Of a stretch of 64,000 bases of DNA, positions 61,223-64,000 are shown one piece after another (the stretch's first letter is position 1; each line of letters starts with the position of its first letter). The stretch is from Alphaproteobacteria bacterium (lineage in GTDB: Bacteria > Pseudomonadota > Alphaproteobacteria > UBA7887), in the NCBI GenBank assembly GCA_965216755.1, contig CBDCGL010000011.1, positions 1,856,001 through 1,920,000 on the forward strand, written 5' to 3'. The notes under the pieces were generated by a model that had not been told where the DNA came from, ran no database searches, and worked only from the letters and a program-made list of their open reading frames with translations. The translations under genes were made by a program, and so were the position numbers.

Positions 61223-64000
61223 TCAGCGTGAGATCGGTGCGCCCGGCTGCGCCCGACGCGGATTTGCGGCGCCGTCGGCACTCGTCCCGTTCGTCGTCTG
61301 ACGGTCGCCAAAGGCGGAGAACAGCTCGCGCAAGATCCCTGGTGCCAGCGCCGTAAGTGGATTGACCGAAACGTCGGGCTCTTCCATGGTGCCGGTAACC
61401 CGGTAAGTTGCGGCGAACACGCCGCTGCCTTCGCCGCCCGTCAGAATATCGCCGATCAGCGGTATTCTTCCGATCAGACTGTTCAACATATATGCCGGCA
61501 CTATGGTGCCTTTCAGATTAAGATTTTCTTCACTCAGAAGCACACGTCCGTTCATGGTCAGCCCGATTGAAATGCCACTGGCGCGGGCACGCTCGATCGT
61601 CAGTACGTCGCCCCGTATGCCAAACGGGGCTTCGAGAGAGTTGAACGCCAATCCCCCGCCGTCCAACATCTCCAATGCACCGGTCAGCGTTGCCGCGGTC
61701 AGAACGCGGGCCAACAGCGGCGCGTCAACAACACGAAAATCGTCGACCCGAACAAAGCCCGTAACATCCGCGTCATCCGCTTCGTCGTGCAAGAGCGCTT
61801 CGACGTGCAGAGCACCGCCGACCATGTTTTGACTGAGACCGAAAGCGCGCGCCACGGCACCAGCGTCCGGCCCGCTAAGCGTGGCCAAACGATTGCTGCC
61901 GCTGGGTTCGACCCGTAACGAGAGATCGGAGCCGGCGTCGACGCTGGCATGAAATCGCATCTGGCTTAGTTTTTCGCCGTCGTACCAGCCGGACACATTC
62001 GCATCACGCACGACAATTTCGTCGGACAGGACCAATTCATCGACTTCGCCTTCGAATGTCGCTGTCACCGGCGTTGCATCAGGTTCCGTCCGATCGACGC
62101 CCAGCGAGTCGCCAGCCTCGTCTGAGTCATCTAGTATAAATGGTCTTAAATCCAGTATTTTACCGGAAAAAGTTAAATTTATGTTTGAGCTATCCCTGGC
62201 CACCAACTTCACAGACAATTCGCTGCCGCGATGAGACAAACGTTGAAATGTGATGGTTCTTCGACCGTCATCGCCGGGTTCCAATGAAGCAGCACCAAAA
62301 CCCTTTATCTCTGTCCCTTCGATCTCGAGGTCCGAAATGTCGAGCCTGCCGTCGGGATCTAAACGAATGGTCGATAACACGGATAGATTTTCAGCTGCGG
62401 GTTTGGTCCAACGCAGCATGGGCATGAAGACATCTGCAGCATCGAGATTCAGGGCCAACTGCCCCACCCACGACCCGTTAGCCCTACCAGTGATTTCTCC
62501 GTCAAGGTCGATCGGACCGGCAACACGCGGATCTGCCAGCCGGATCGCGCGACGTGCGGTCTCTGTCACACGCCCGGCCACGGTAATCTCGCGTACAATA
62601 CCCTCTGGCGCGGGTTCAAAGATCTCGTGCCACGAAAGATTGACGGTCTCACCATCGACATCGGCGGCACCGCCAAGATGGAACCCTGAAGTATTGAGCA
62701 CCAAGGAGAAGTGACCATTCCGCGCGCTGACCTCGCGTCGCGGTACGCCCGCAAAGCTGTAGCGCGTCGCGACGCCCGACAATTCAGCCAGGACATCAAT
62801 ACTCCATTGTCCGGGCCCGGGGTCGTCGCGCAACGGCGTAACAAGACGAAACTCCGAAACAAACTCGCCGCCCACCGCATCGGGATCCAGTCCCATGGCC
62901 TGCGTGTATCGAAACCGCGGTAACGAAAGCAGAGCAAGTGCCTCGGAAATGGGCCCTTCGACCGCGATATCGAACTCACCTTGTTCCTGGTCACGACCCA
63001 AATTGCGAAGTCTGACGGAACTTGGCCCCATTTCGAGTACCCCGCTCGACGCCATAGCGACGTCAATGCTCAGGTCGATGGGATCAAAGGTTCCTTGCAG
63101 TTCGATATTCTCAATTGCTGGCATCCCATCCAGATACCGCGTCGCGCCATTCGTAATCGTGAACGCACCGCGAACCCGATCGCGCGCCAAATGGCGCTTT
63201 GACCAGTCGTCACCGGCGAGGTTCAAGCTCAGCGTTAAGCGCTCGAGGTGGCCACCCTGAATATTCTCACGGACCCAACGCAATCCGCCGGGGGCCACGC
63301 CGCTAGGCCAATAATGCGCAACCTCCAGGGCCGGCACATTGCCGACAAGAACGTCACCGCGCACTTCGGGCATCGACCACGGCGCCTTCACAATCCCGGA
63401 GAACGCTGCCGTGGGGCCTTCAAAATCAATGAATGCATCGTCGATGCGCAGGGTGTCTTTGGCGGCATCGTACACCCCCTTCACTTGCGCCAGCCCGACC
63501 TCGAACAATGGTCTTTCCGGGTCCAATTCCGGCAAATTCAATGTTCCGGCACCGGATGACACGTCAAATGCCGCCCGCATCACCCGGCCATCGGCCCCCG
63601 TTGACATCTCCACGTTGGCCGACACGGGCAAATTTATCGACGCCAGTCGCGCTAACTGTGGCGACATCTCCGCCAACTTCGATGGCCAGACGTCTGCAAA
63701 ATTCACAGCCACATCAAACTTGCGCGTGTCGTTGTCAAAACGCATTGTCGCGGTTGCCGACCAAGGCATCCCGCCGACATCGACTGTCAGATCGGCATCG
63801 CCACTCAATCCGCGGTCATCGCGGTAAACCGCGATTGTTGCGCTTGGCGCGACCCACTGCGTGTGCAGTTTCATATCGTCCACGGTCACACGCGCGCGCG
63901 CGATGCTCAGGCCCTCAAGGTATCCTAAGGTCTGGCTTCGATCGGGCGTATCCAAGAGCTCTGCCACGACGCGCTCAACCACGACTTCGTCGCCTGCTGC
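61223..64000 (-). CDS. YhdP/AsmA-like (DUF3971) envelope protein, 5' end outside the window
   Basis: HYWPSGVAPGGLRWV motif, beta-rich body and C-terminal GTIVPAYMLNS..IPLIGDIL..VSVNPLTALAPG; usual neighbour of tyrS. Confidence 0.9.
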   Translation of the reverse strand, partial: AAGDEVVVERVVAELLDTPDRSQTLGYLEGLSIARARVTVDDMKLHTQWVAPSATIAVYRDDRGLSGDADLTVDVGGMPWSATATMRFDNDTRKFDVAVNFADVWPSKLAEMSPQLARLASINLPVSANVEMSTGADGRVMRAAFDVSSGAGTLNLPELDPERPLFEVGLAQVKGVYDAAKDTLRIDDAFIDFEGPTAAFSGIVKAPWSMPEVRGDVLVGNVPALEVAHYWPSGVAPGGLRWVRENIQGGHLERLTLSLNLAGDDWSKRHLARDRVRGAFTITNGATRYLDGMPAIENIELQGTFDPIDLSIDVAMASSGVLEMGPSSVRLRNLGRDQEQGEFDIAVEGPISEALALLSLPRFRYTQAMGLDPDAVGGEFVSEFRLVTPLRDDPGPGQWSIDVLAELSGVATRYSFAGVPRREVSARNGHFSLVLNTSGFHLGGAADVDGETVNLSWHEIFEPAPEGIVREITVAGRVTETARRAIRLADPRVAGPIDLDGEITGRANGSWVGQLALNLDAADVFMPMLRWTKPAAENLSVLSTIRLDPDGRLDISDLEIEGTEIKGFGAASLEPGDDGRRTITFQRLSHRGSELSVKLVARDSSNINLTFSGKILDLRPFILDDSDEAGDSLGVDRTEPDATPVTATFEGEVDELVLSDEIVVRDANVSGWYDGEKLSQMRFHASVDAGSDLSLRVEPSGSNRLATLSGPDAGAVARAFGLSQNMVGGALHVEALLHDEADDADVTGFVRVDDFRVVDAPLLARVLTAATLTGALEMLDGGGLAFNSLEAPFGIRGDVLTIERARASGISIGLTMNGRVLLSEENLNLKGTIVPAYMLNSLIGRIPLIGDILTGGEGSGVFAATYRVTGTMEEPDVSVNPLTALAPGILRELFSAFGDRQTTNGTSADGAANPRRAQPGAPISR

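Overview
GC-rich alphaproteobacterial chromosome segment. The gene order cysE-iscR-iscS-iscS-fdx ... mnmA-tRNA-Met and anmK/tyrS/yhdP-like suggests a Rhodospirillales-like organism (inference). The left part (1-28.4 kb) is catabolic and signalling: CoA transferase, MCP, pcaHGB, TPP enzyme, TRAP solute-binding protein, IorAB-type molybdenum hydroxylase with AraC regulator, amidase and TauD. The middle (about 28.6-49.5 kb) is an accessory region ending at the 3' end of tRNA-Met. It holds a LuxR solo, a partial EPS cluster and relics of IS66, IS630, IS3 and IS481. It also holds a REP-like hairpin, a highly structured 462-bp IS630-type MITE, and a zinc-ribbon/adenylate-cyclase/STAND/TPR gene flanked by two paralogous CPFC redoxins, which is the best candidate for an undescribed system. 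The right part is core housekeeping. Three genes (crtI-like, a second cyclase, a haloalkane dehalogenase) survive only as internally deleted skeletons, and one aldolase carries a mosaic insert that may be an assembly artefact. No CRISPR array, rRNA or integrase was seen. All family assignments come from motif recognition by eye; no database search was run.
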